This document shows, in pieces, positions 20,401-27,812 of a stretch of 32,553 nt of DNA. A program made the position numbers and the translations under genes. Each line of letters begins with the position of its first letter. The stretch's first letter is position 1. The notes under the pieces are model-generated. The model had not been told where the DNA came from. It made no database searches and saw only the letters and a list, made by a program, of their open reading frames with translations. Source of the stretch: an uncultured Propionibacteriaceae bacterium (GTDB taxonomy: Bacteria; Actinomycetota; Actinomycetes; Propionibacteriales; Propionibacteriaceae); NCBI GenBank assembly GCA_945875065.1, contig CAMCJC010000001.1, positions 1 to 32,553 on the forward strand, written 5' to 3'.

Positions 20401-21064
20401 CACGCCCGCTGAGAAGCCGCCTAGCTCGCGGTCCGGACGCGGAGTGCTCTGGTTTGTCCTGGTGCTGGCCCTAGCGGTAATGGTCGTCTGCTTGGTGGTG
20501 GTTGCGCTGCAAGGCACCAGGCAGGCGACCACGCCGCCCCCCAGCGCGTCGCAGACCTCCGAGGCGACGCCCACCCCCAGCGGGGACGTGCGCGCCGTGG
20601 AGAACGTGACTGCCACGTCGTTCGACCCGGTCGCCGACAACGGCTCCGGCGATGAAAATCCCGACCAGGCCGCGCAGGCCGTCGACGGCGATCCGGCGAC
20701 TGGCTGGTCGACCCAGCGGTACCACAACTACCCGGACATGGGTCGGGAGAAGCCGGGAGTCGGTCTCGTCCTCGACTTGGGCGAGGCTGTACCGCTCGAC
20801 TCGGTTGACGTGAAGTTCACCGCCGCCGGTGAGAACGTCGAGTTGCGGGTTCCGAAGAATAAGTCCGTAGCCTCGGCCCCCATGGATCGTCAGGATCAGT
20901 GGGAGGTCGTAACGACGGCCGCTGAGACAGGCACCGACGTGGTGCTAAAACCGAAAAACCCCGTCACGACCCGGTTCGTGCTCGTGTACGTCACACGGCT
21001 GCCACAGATCTCCGAGGCTCGTTTCCAGGCGACCATCAACGAGGTGGTGGTGCATCGCACCTGA
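17396..21064 (+). CDS. murJ: Lipid II flippase MurJ/MviN fused to pseudokinase, TM and extracellular domain
   Basis: MASGTLISR.LGF.R, ANTIP and PQIFFYG motifs with about 14 TMs. Kinase-like region (WRAHD..L.RDV, VVCEY..G.SL, LNPDNV, VKI.GFG) lacks canonical HRD/DFG. C-terminal FDP...G.EN....AVDGDP.TGW.T domain, as in mycobacterial MviN architecture. Confidence 0.92.
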   Translation: MSSTKAGVSSTRKLLSASVLMASGTLISRFLGFIRTFLVAFILGNGTRQADILSLANTIPTALYTLFAGGALNTVLVPQIVRAIRHDDDGGEAYTNRIITAFMFVIGVVTVIMVLFTPLITWLYVADEWRAPDLTSQYGSMVLMTYLTMPQIFFYGVFYLFGQVLNARDKFGPMMWAPIANNIVSIAVMAMYLVVWGTSGNHAAAFTLQQNLLLGAGATLGIVVQALVLMPYLRKVGFKYRPRFDWRGVGLGHTLHLTKWTLGFVAVNQVVLMVVQRLATSATAEGSGGGVTVYNNAHLMWILPHSLVTVSLVTAMLPSASRFAAAGDLDGVAQEARKTLRLSLIALVPATVAFLALAGPMSVLLFGHGQGSRDAVLVAWALMAFATGLIPYTMQAVYLRTFYALEDTRTPFFLQCAIAATNAIVAVILVSLINSPSWTAALLALANAAAYLLGVQLTWRFLRRKVPALEGMETVLHIMRLLIAASVGGVPAWFAADFIMRAIPNGLIGPMVALLVGGGLLLVGYVLVGKLLKVRELRNMTDLLKSRLGRRPAGKPKPEKDEGSIPNEPPVPTISTEAATAAAMVDDLMPTAIHSIIVDSDFNGWDAARLPDHHRRRKPTPAMPPMMHTEFEDSVSTAIRPAAAIQDDEDTDDRSEMPVPDENSLLPQPLPEPSPAPVWEPKLVQAGDLLSTRFRIEEIMAIREGVETWRAHDMVLSRDVVAHVLPADGPRNEELLASARKGATATDARFLRVLDAVNLEGDRRGIGGYVVCEYAAGRSLTELMRFGTFTTLEASWVVYELADALIAPHGQGLFHEHLNPDNVVITTLGAVKIVGFGIEAGLAPSDEARWLDREAADVKGLASLLYAMLVSHWPGSSGWGLPAAPVIAGETAPAHTVAGGVSPVLDRICSAALTQRGAVSDPRITTASQLADRLAEVLGGSDASSNLETRVRLAVENPHQRRHRPPRPVSQPVDDGPPTVVQTAVKAKPAAQAVTAAAKQHPTPAEKPPSSRSGRGVLWFVLVLALAVMVVCLVVVALQGTRQATTPPPSASQTSEATPTPSGDVRAVENVTATSFDPVADNGSGDENPDQAAQAVDGDPATGWSTQRYHNYPDMGREKPGVGLVLDLGEAVPLDSVDVKFTAAGENVELRVPKNKSVASAPMDRQDQWEVVTTAAETGTDVVLKPKNPVTTRFVLVYVTRLPQISEARFQATINEVVVHRT

Positions 21065-21087
21065 CGTGATACCGATAGCCTTCAGGC

Positions 21088-21969
21088 ATGACTGACGGCC
21101 AGTTGGAGATCCACGTCCTAGCCGACTCGACAGGAGAAACAGCGGTGCGCCTGGCGCGGGCCGCCCGAGCCCAGTTCCCTGGGGCGCAGTTCGAGATCAT
21201 CCGGCACCCCCGGCTCGGCCGCACCGACGCCATGGTGAGAGCCCTGAACACGCTGAAGGAGCGTGCCGAGCAGTGCCGGATCGCCGTGTTTTTCACCCTG
21301 GTCAACGCCGAGTTGCGGAGCCTGGTCGTCAACGCCTGCCGCGACCTGGGACTGCCATACACGGATCTGATGGGCGATGCCCTTGACGCGCTGGAGAAGA
21401 TTTCGGGGCACACGGCCGACGAGGTGCCAATGCGTCCGGTCGGTGTCGAGGCGGACTACTTCGTGCGCATCTCGGCGATGGAGTTCGCGATCCGCAATGA
21501 CGATGGCGCGATGCCGACCGCTCTTCGAGAATGCGATATCTGCCTGATCGGTGCCTCCCGGTCCGGGAAGACTCCCCTATCGATCTATCTCGGATACCTG
21601 GGCTATAAGACCGTGAACGTGCCACTCGTGCCAGGCATCCAGCCACCTGAGGAGCTGTTCGGGCTGGACCGGTGGCGCATCGTCGGTCTGACGATCGACG
21701 CCGAGCGGCTCCTGCAGATTCGCTCCCGTCGCGTGCAGGGGATGGGTGGCTTTGGCACGCGCGACGGCTACGCGGACCTAGTCAAGATCTACGACGAACT
21801 CGACGAGGTCGGTGCGATCCAGCGACGCCTCGGAGCCCCCATCGTCGACACCACCGGGCTGGCGTTGGAGGAGGCGGCCGCCCGCATCATCGACTTGGTT
21901 GATGAACGGGCGAAGAAGGTAGGTGCGCGGCTGCGCCGCCCGGCGGGTCATCTCAGGATCACGCCCTAA
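21088..21969 (+). CDS. ppsR: PEP synthase/PPDK regulatory kinase-pyrophosphorylase (DUF299)
   Basis: DSTGETA, YF.RI.AMEFAI..DDG, G.SRSGKTPLS.YL and NVPLVP motifs. Confidence 0.92.
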   Translation: MTDGQLEIHVLADSTGETAVRLARAARAQFPGAQFEIIRHPRLGRTDAMVRALNTLKERAEQCRIAVFFTLVNAELRSLVVNACRDLGLPYTDLMGDALDALEKISGHTADEVPMRPVGVEADYFVRISAMEFAIRNDDGAMPTALRECDICLIGASRSGKTPLSIYLGYLGYKTVNVPLVPGIQPPEELFGLDRWRIVGLTIDAERLLQIRSRRVQGMGGFGTRDGYADLVKIYDELDEVGAIQRRLGAPIVDTTGLALEEAAARIIDLVDERAKKVGARLRRPAGHLRITP

Positions 21970-22870
21970 AGGTGATGTCCTCGTAGCTGCGAGGGTCTTC
22001 GATGGGCTCCAGGTGCCCGACGACAGTCATCCTGGGGTATTCGGCGACGATCTCGTCGACGATGTCCTCCAGCACGTCGTGGCCACGCTTGACAGTCCAC
22101 TCCCCTGGCACGAGCAGGTGAACGTCCATGAATTGGTGGGTGCCGGATTCGCGGGTACGCATGTTGTGGAAGTCGATGCCAAGGTGGGCGTGGGAGCTGA
22201 GGATCTCGTGAATCCGGGCGTTGTCCTCCTGCGGCAGGGACACATCCATTAGGCCGTCGGTGGATTCCTTCAGCAGGGTATAACCGGCGACCAGGATGTT
22301 GATGCCTACCGCGATTGCGACGACCGGGTCAAGCCAATCCCAGCCGGTGATCCCGACCAGACCGATGCCGACGATGACGCCAACCGAGGTGTACACATCG
22401 GTCATCAGGTGCTTACCGTCGGCCCGCAACGTGATGGAGTTGTGGCGCTTACCAGCGCGGATCAGCTGCGTCGCGACGACGCCATTCAGGACTGACGCGA
22501 CTACGGAGATTGCGAGGCCGATCCCCACCTGTTCCAGGGGCTGCGGGTGCAAGAGCCGCTGAATACCAAAAAAGATGATCGACGAGGCTGCGATGAAGAT
22601 CATCAGCCCCTCGACGCCCGCTGACAAGTACTCGGCCTTGGTGTGTCCGACATTGTGGTTCTTGTCGGCCGGAAGCGCCGCTACCTTCAAGGCGATCAGC
22701 GCGACGATCGCCGCCACGAGGTTGACGATCGACTCCGCGGCGTCAGCTAGCAGTCCCACCGAACCGGTTACGAGCCACGCCCCCGCTTTCAGTGCGATGG
22801 TGGCGACGGCGGTCGCTACGGCGAGCCAACCGTAGCGGCTAAGGTCAGGTGCGCTCGGGGCTGTGGTCAC
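21959..22870 (-). CDS. Cation diffusion facilitator (FieF-like) metal efflux transporter
   Basis: TGSVGLLADAAES, PAD.NH..GH.KAEY, ADGKHLMTDVYTS and WLDP motifs plus a C-terminal dimerisation domain (H..RTR, H.EP). Likely GTG start at 22870. Confidence 0.92.
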   Translation of the reverse strand: MTTAPSAPDLSRYGWLAVATAVATIALKAGAWLVTGSVGLLADAAESIVNLVAAIVALIALKVAALPADKNHNVGHTKAEYLSAGVEGLMIFIAASSIIFFGIQRLLHPQPLEQVGIGLAISVVASVLNGVVATQLIRAGKRHNSITLRADGKHLMTDVYTSVGVIVGIGLVGITGWDWLDPVVAIAVGINILVAGYTLLKESTDGLMDVSLPQEDNARIHEILSSHAHLGIDFHNMRTRESGTHQFMDVHLLVPGEWTVKRGHDVLEDIVDEIVAEYPRMTVVGHLEPIEDPRSYEDITFRA

Positions 22871-22911
22871 CGCCCTATCCTCGCCTCCCGCCGCATCCGC
22901 ACGCAATCGGG

Positions 22912-23505
22912 TCAGCCTTCGCGCGGGGCGATGCGGGTGGTGCGCGCGTCGCTGGCCCAGTGCTTGGTATATCCGAGGTTCTCCGCAGGCAGGTAGCCGG
23001 CCCGAATATCAGCGACGGAGACGGGCACGGCTCCGGTGAGTTCCGCGACCTCGCCCATCTTGTCGGTGGTGACGGCGATCACTGGCAAGTGCAGCGCCTT
23101 GTAGTTGGCGACAAGGGTGTCGAGGACGCTTGGCGTAAAGTCCTTGGCGGCGATCACGAGCGGCTTGTGGCGGGAGATTGGGATCATCAGTTCCCGCATA
23201 GTGGCACCGATGCCGTCTAGGAGAAGAACGTTCGCATCACACAGTTCGGCTTGGCCCCACGAGTTGGCAAACCCAGGATGGGCATACCCAAACGGCAGCA
23301 CCTCGTCTGTGGGTTTCGGCTCTGCCCAGGCCCCCTTGGGAGCAGGCATTTCGGCAACGGCGGAGGCGGTGACATACCGCGTCACCTTCGACCGCTCCGG
23401 CGGCCCCTCGGCGCGGCGGCGACGACGCACGTCGAGCCACACCGCAACGACGAGCAAAGGAATGCCGACCCCCAGCGCGGCGAGCAAACCAATCCAGTTC
23501 TCCAC
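22912..23505 (-). CDS. Membrane-anchored protein with stand-alone GroEL apical-domain-like fold
   Basis: N-terminal TM followed by RRRRR. The C-terminal ~125 aa align by eye with the GroEL apical domain (GY.P.F.N, EL..A.VLL.D, KPLVIAA.D, L.TLV.N, VA.LTGA..VS, LG....D..TT.I). Confidence 0.7.
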   Translation of the reverse strand: MENWIGLLAALGVGIPLLVVAVWLDVRRRRRAEGPPERSKVTRYVTASAVAEMPAPKGAWAEPKPTDEVLPFGYAHPGFANSWGQAELCDANVLLLDGIGATMRELMIPISRHKPLVIAAKDFTPSVLDTLVANYKALHLPVIAVTTDKMGEVAELTGAVPVSVADIRAGYLPAENLGYTKHWASDARTTRIAPREG

Positions 23506-23605
23506 TCCCCCAGAGTGCCACGACTAGGACCCGCTACGCGTGGCCGGGTACGCGGCCGCCCCGCCGGCAAGCAGCGGCCGAGAGGATCCGCGCCGTGAGG
23601 TCGGC

Positions 23606-23611
23606 TAGAAT
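23606..23611 (+). promoter_or_regulatory. -10 element for tRNA-Lys
   Basis: TAGAAT 6 nt upstream of the mature tRNA 5' end. Confidence 0.55.
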
Positions 23612-23617
23612 GCTTAA

Positions 23618-23690
23618 GCCCCTATAGCTCAGTTGGCAGAGCAGTGGACTTTTAATCCATGGGTCGCGGGTTCGAGCCCCGCTGGGGGCA
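23618..23690 (+). tRNA. tRNA-Lys (anticodon TTT)
   Basis: Acceptor stem GCCCCTA/TGGGGGC-A, D arm TAGCTCAGTTGGCAGAGC, anticodon arm GTGGA-CTTTTAA-TCCAT, T arm GGTTCGAG. CCA not encoded. Confidence 0.97.
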
Positions 23691-24264
23691 CTCGTTGCCC
23701 ACACCCGACGACACTTCTCGCGAAGTAGACCGCATCGTCCGCTCCGACTTGGTCCCGCAGCACCGCCACGCGATAGAGCAGACCTCCTATCACCGCGTCC
23801 GCTAGTTCCCGGGGTTGCGCCGGAGCACGGAAGATCCCCTCTTCCTGACCTCGCGTAATCAACGCGATGAGTCGGTCACGCAGCGGGTCGATGAGGCGCT
23901 CACGGTACATGCTTTGGAGTTCTGCGTCGCCCTGACGGTGCACATCCAGCGCGAGAGCCGCCAGCACCGTCATATCCTCGCCCCAGCCGCTGCCACCGAC
24001 CCGGATTAGCTCGGCCAATTCCTCCTCAACCGACCCGGTTACTACGGGAACTCGGTTCCCCAGGGCCCGCTCCAGCGCCGCGACGGCTAGGTGCGGGATT
24101 CCCGGCCAGCGCCGATAGATCGTCGTCTTGGCGACGCCAGAACGCCTGGCGACCTCGTCCATCCGCACCGTCGCATACCCACCGGAACGAAGCAGCGCCA
24201 CCACGGCATCAAGCACTGCGGCGTCGACGTTCGGATCCCGGGGCCGACCTGGCTTCGGCGTCAT
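23629..24264 (-). CDS. TetR/AcrR family regulator (TetR_C_11-like)
   Basis: PGRPRD...AVLDA, GY..VRMDEVARRSGVAKTTIYRRW HTH. Divergent from the oxidoreductase gene. The 3' end runs antisense into the tRNA. Confidence 0.9.
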   Translation of the reverse strand: MTPKPGRPRDPNVDAAVLDAVVALLRSGGYATVRMDEVARRSGVAKTTIYRRWPGIPHLAVAALERALGNRVPVVTGSVEEELAELIRVGGSGWGEDMTVLAALALDVHRQGDAELQSMYRERLIDPLRDRLIALITRGQEEGIFRAPAQPRELADAVIGGLLYRVAVLRDQVGADDAVYFARSVVGCGQRVPPAGLEPATHGLKVHCSAN

Positions 24265-24287
24265 GATCTAATCTTGCCCGACCGAGT

Positions 24288-24308
24288 TACGCTACATCTA
24301 GTAGCATA
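24288..24308. promoter_or_regulatory. Candidate TetR operator
   Basis: TACGCTAC-ATCTA-GTAGCATA imperfect palindrome (7 of 8 pairs) in the 66-nt divergent intergenic region. Confidence 0.6.
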
Positions 24309-24330
24309 TTTATTGGCGAAGGGAACGCTC

Positions 24331-25269
24331 ATGTGGGCAGTGCAGTATCACAGGTACGGAAACCCCGAAGTGATGCGACTTGAACAGACGGAGGCACCGA
24401 CCCTCAGAACAGGCGAGGTATTGCTGGAGACCATCAGCAGCGGCGTCAGCGGCATCGACGCCCTCTACCGTTCCGGGCAGTTGCGCCTACACGGGGTTGG
24501 GTTTCCGAAACAGCCCGGTTTCGATGCGCTCGGGATCATCCGCGAGTCACGCATCCCAGGCATTGAGCCTGGACGCTGGGCTTGGACGGTCCTCGGCATC
24601 GAACCGTTCAAGACCCGGGGCACTGCCGTACAGTTCCTGAGCCTCGACGCGGGACGCCTCGGCCTGTTCCCGCCCGGATTCGCTCCGGACGTTGACGCGG
24701 GTGCCCTTCCCCTCGGTGCCCTAACCGCTTGGAGAGCACTCACCCACTCCGCAAGGCCCCAGCCGGGAGACCGGCTGCTCATCGTCGGCGCCGGGGGACC
24801 CGTGGGAACATCACTCATCCAGCTGGCACGCTACCTCGGTCACGAGATCGATGCGGTCGCCGGCCAGGCCGCGCTGACCTTGTGCGGCAGCCTCGGCGCG
24901 GAGCACGCTCTACGCCATTCCACCGAGCAGGCGACGGAGCTCCAGAGCACGCAGCGCTACGACAAGGTGTTCGTGGCGGCCGGCCGCGCCGAGGACTGGC
25001 TTGGTGCCGCAAAGCCAGGCGGCCAAGTCATCGTTATCCGCGGCGATGTGTGGCTGTCCGCGATCCCCCAGGCTTTGAAGATGCGCCGTCGCCTGACGCC
25101 GATCGCTGCCGGCCACGACGCCACCGCCCTGACCAGGCTCGCGGAGCTCCACGCCGCCGACCACCTTCGCCCGGTCGTTGGACGGACCTACTCGCTCCAA
25201 GAACTGCCGACCGCCCACGCGGAGCTCAGCGTGGGCGGCACGGTCGGCGGCCGCTTAGTCGTTCATTGA
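24331..25269 (+). CDS. Zinc-independent MDR family NAD(P)-dependent (quinone) oxidoreductase
   Basis: MWAVQY.RYG.PEV, PGFD.LG, TAWRAL, Rossmann LIVGAGGPVG and LRPVVGRTY.L..L..AH motifs, with no Zn-ligand Cys. ATG 24331 follows GAAGGGA. Confidence 0.88.
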   Translation: MWAVQYHRYGNPEVMRLEQTEAPTLRTGEVLLETISSGVSGIDALYRSGQLRLHGVGFPKQPGFDALGIIRESRIPGIEPGRWAWTVLGIEPFKTRGTAVQFLSLDAGRLGLFPPGFAPDVDAGALPLGALTAWRALTHSARPQPGDRLLIVGAGGPVGTSLIQLARYLGHEIDAVAGQAALTLCGSLGAEHALRHSTEQATELQSTQRYDKVFVAAGRAEDWLGAAKPGGQVIVIRGDVWLSAIPQALKMRRRLTPIAAGHDATALTRLAELHAADHLRPVVGRTYSLQELPTAHAELSVGGTVGGRLVVH

Positions 25270-25271
25270 AC

Positions 25272-25856
25272 CTAGGCCTCCGGGATGTCCATGTGATACG
25301 TCTGCTGGCTGGCCTCGTTGGGGTCCGAGCCGCCTCTACGGCCCGTCTCTAGGGCGTCGATCTCTGCGACCTCCTCGGCCGTCAACTCGAAGTCGAAAAC
25401 CCCGAAGTCCTCAGCGAGACGGTGGGGGCTTCGTCGATTTCGGGATCACCTGCCGGCCCTCCTGGATGTGCCAGCGGAGGATCATCTGGGCCGGCGATTT
25501 CCCATGCGTCGCCGCAATCGTCGCGTCATCGAGGGTGGAGGCCGGGTAGCCGCCCCAGCCTGGGTAGAACGTGATGCCGCCGAGCTTGCCCGCCGCCTTG
25601 TCAAACGCGTGCCGGATCCGCTCGAAGCCGTAGTCCGAAGCCCAGACCTTCGTCCCTATGAAGATCTCATCGCGCGGCACGCCGAAGCGGGCGACGCCTT
25701 CCCCGACCTCCCGCTCGTTGATATACGCGGCCGCGGTGCCGATACCCGACGCTCAGGGCTTCGGCCACCGCAGCCGCGGTCTCCTCCGGCGTGGACTGAA
25801 ATACCCAACCCCAAGGCCGGCACAGTAATTCCGTTGTTCAGTTTCAGGTGCCCCGC
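25272..25856 (-). pseudogene. Aldo/keto reductase (2,5-DKG reductase-like) pseudogene
   Basis: Fragments in shifting frames: LKLNNG..VPALGLG / PEETAAAV.EAL.VGYRH / AAAY.NEREVGEG..RDEIFIGTKVW / HGKSPAQ.ILRWHIQ..VIPKS / FDFELT.EE...IDAL. The start appears mutated to GCG behind an AAGGAG RBS, and the central part is deleted. Confidence 0.88.
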
Positions 25857-25888
25857 CTCTAGCTCCTTCCTGATCGGTTCCTTCGAAG

Positions 25889-27760
25889 CTACTCAGCCGC
25901 CACGAACCAACGAACGGCGTACGGCGCCAGGTCGATAGTCGGCGGGTTCAGATCCCACACCGACCCGTCGAGGAGTTCACGCGCCTCAGGGCCAAACGGC
26001 GTTCGCAGCACACCCATCGGCACCTGCACCTCGTCCTCGGACAGGTTGTACAGCTGGATCATCATGCCCTCGGGATGCTCGCGCCTCAGGGCCAGAACAC
26101 GGCGATCTCCGGCATCGAAGCAGTGCGACTCAACGCTGGCGTGCAGCTGCGGAGTTCCGCGACGCACGCCCAGCACATGCCGCAACCACCCATTGACGCG
26201 GGCGGCCGGACTCGACGGGTTGACCGCCAGCGCCGCCACCTGTTCCCAGTCCATGACTGGGCGGTGCACCCACCGGTTGTCGTCGGCGTGCGAGGGATCG
26301 CTGCCGTACTCGTAGTCGTTCAGCATCGCGACCTCGTCGCCCATGTAGATCAGCGGCACCCCACCAAACCCGCAGACGACCGCGTGCAGCAGGTTGATAC
26401 GCCGGACCGCCAACTCGATCGCCGCCTCGTCGCCGTCAGCCAGAGCCTTCTCCAACCCGGCCAGTGACGCCAGTGAGCCCGAGATACGGCGATCGCCCGT
26501 CGCCGGGTTCGCTTGGAACACCAGGCCCTTGGCGAAGGAGTTCGGGAACTCCCCAGAGTAGAAGTCGGACAGGAAGCGACGGTGTTCGGCACCATTGAGC
26601 CCGACGGCGACGGCGTCGCGATCGTCGACCGCCCAGCCGATGTCGTCGTGGCAGCGGATGTATGTCGCCCAGGTGGCGCTCGCCGGCTTCGCAGGGAATC
26701 GATCGAGCGCGCATCGCAGCAAGGTGACGTCACGACTCGCGAGCGCCGACCACAGCTGCGCCATCACCTGGTTGTGGTACGCCAGATCCGACAGGTTGCC
26801 GTAGTGCCGTCCCTGCCCGAAATAAGCGATCAGGTCGCGGGGACCGACGATCGCCTCGGCCTTGAACGCGACCGCTGGGGCCGCAATCCGCACCGCCGCC
26901 CGCAGCGCGGCAGAGATGTCGTGAACAGGCGGTTCGTTCTGGCAGTCGGTGCCCATTACCTTCCAGATGAACGCGATCGCATCCAGCCGCACGACCTCCA
27001 CCCCGTGGTTGGCGAGGTTCAAGATGATGTCCAGGAACTCGCAGAACACATCCGGGTTCGCCCAGTTGACATCCCACTGGTAGTCGTTGAACGTCGTCCA
27101 CACCCAGCCCTGAAGCTGATCGTCCCACGTGAAGTTGCCAGGCGCGAAGTCCGGGAACACCTCGGGCAGGGATTGCTCGTACTGGTCGGGGATGGTGCGG
27201 TCGGGAAAAATCATGAAGTAGTCGCGATACTTCTGCTCGCCGGCACGGGCGCGCTCCGCCCACTCATGCTCTTTGGCGACGTGGTTTAGGACGAGGTCGA
27301 CGACCAGAGAGATGCCGCGGCCGCGCAGGTCGCGGGCGAGCGTCGCGAGGTCGGACATCGTGCCGAGGTCGCTGCGGACAGATCGGTAGTCGGCTACGGC
27401 GTACCCGCCGTCGTTGGCGCCCTCGCGCGGTTGGAGCAACGGCATCAGGTGCAGGTAGCTCACGCCGAGGTCGCCCAGGTAGTCAAGATGGTCGGAGATC
27501 CCGGCCAGAGTGCCTGCGAATCGGTCTGCGTAGCAGACGTAGCCGGTCATGCTGGGTCGCTGCAGCCAGTCGGGGCGCAGCAGCCGCGACTCGTCCAGGC
27601 GCCGCAGGTCCTCGGGGCGCCGTTCCATCGTGCGTTTCAGCAGTTCCCGGACCCGGCCGGGCAGTTCCGGAGCATCGGGATAGACCCGGCCCAAGGCGTC
27701 CGCAAGCTCCGCGCCGTAGCGCTCCCACCTGAGATCCAGGACGACATCAACAAGGCTCAT
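25889..27760 (-). CDS. GH13 amylosucrase-like glycosyl hydrolase/transglucosidase
   Basis: [31 protein letters not shown], catalytic RLDAIAF, FKAEAIV and RCHDDIGW motifs. Likely ATG 27760. Confidence 0.9.
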   Translation of the reverse strand: MSLVDVVLDLRWERYGAELADALGRVYPDAPELPGRVRELLKRTMERRPEDLRRLDESRLLRPDWLQRPSMTGYVCYADRFAGTLAGISDHLDYLGDLGVSYLHLMPLLQPREGANDGGYAVADYRSVRSDLGTMSDLATLARDLRGRGISLVVDLVLNHVAKEHEWAERARAGEQKYRDYFMIFPDRTIPDQYEQSLPEVFPDFAPGNFTWDDQLQGWVWTTFNDYQWDVNWANPDVFCEFLDIILNLANHGVEVVRLDAIAFIWKVMGTDCQNEPPVHDISAALRAAVRIAAPAVAFKAEAIVGPRDLIAYFGQGRHYGNLSDLAYHNQVMAQLWSALASRDVTLLRCALDRFPAKPASATWATYIRCHDDIGWAVDDRDAVAVGLNGAEHRRFLSDFYSGEFPNSFAKGLVFQANPATGDRRISGSLASLAGLEKALADGDEAAIELAVRRINLLHAVVCGFGGVPLIYMGDEVAMLNDYEYGSDPSHADDNRWVHRPVMDWEQVAALAVNPSSPAARVNGWLRHVLGVRRGTPQLHASVESHCFDAGDRRVLALRREHPEGMMIQLYNLSEDEVQVPMGVLRTPFGPEARELLDGSVWDLNPPTIDLAPYAVRWFVAAE

Positions 27761-27812
27761 GCGCGAAGGATAGTTCGCCCCAACCAACGGTGGGCCGAAG
27801 GCGGCAAAACAG

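Noticed and set aside
23553-23580. CGGCCGC...GCGGCCG inverted repeat upstream of the tRNA
   Set aside because: Short all-GC repeat, expected by chance at this composition.
24091-24330. N-terminal extension of the oxidoreductase ORF
   Set aside because: Overlaps the divergent TetR; the family-like sequence and RBS begin at ATG 24331.
23660-25890. attL/attR duplication of the tRNA 3' end or an integrase
   Set aside because: No second copy of the tRNA 3' end and no recombinase was seen in the window.
25318-25938. 206-aa plus-strand ORF
   Set aside because: Antisense of the AKR pseudogene.
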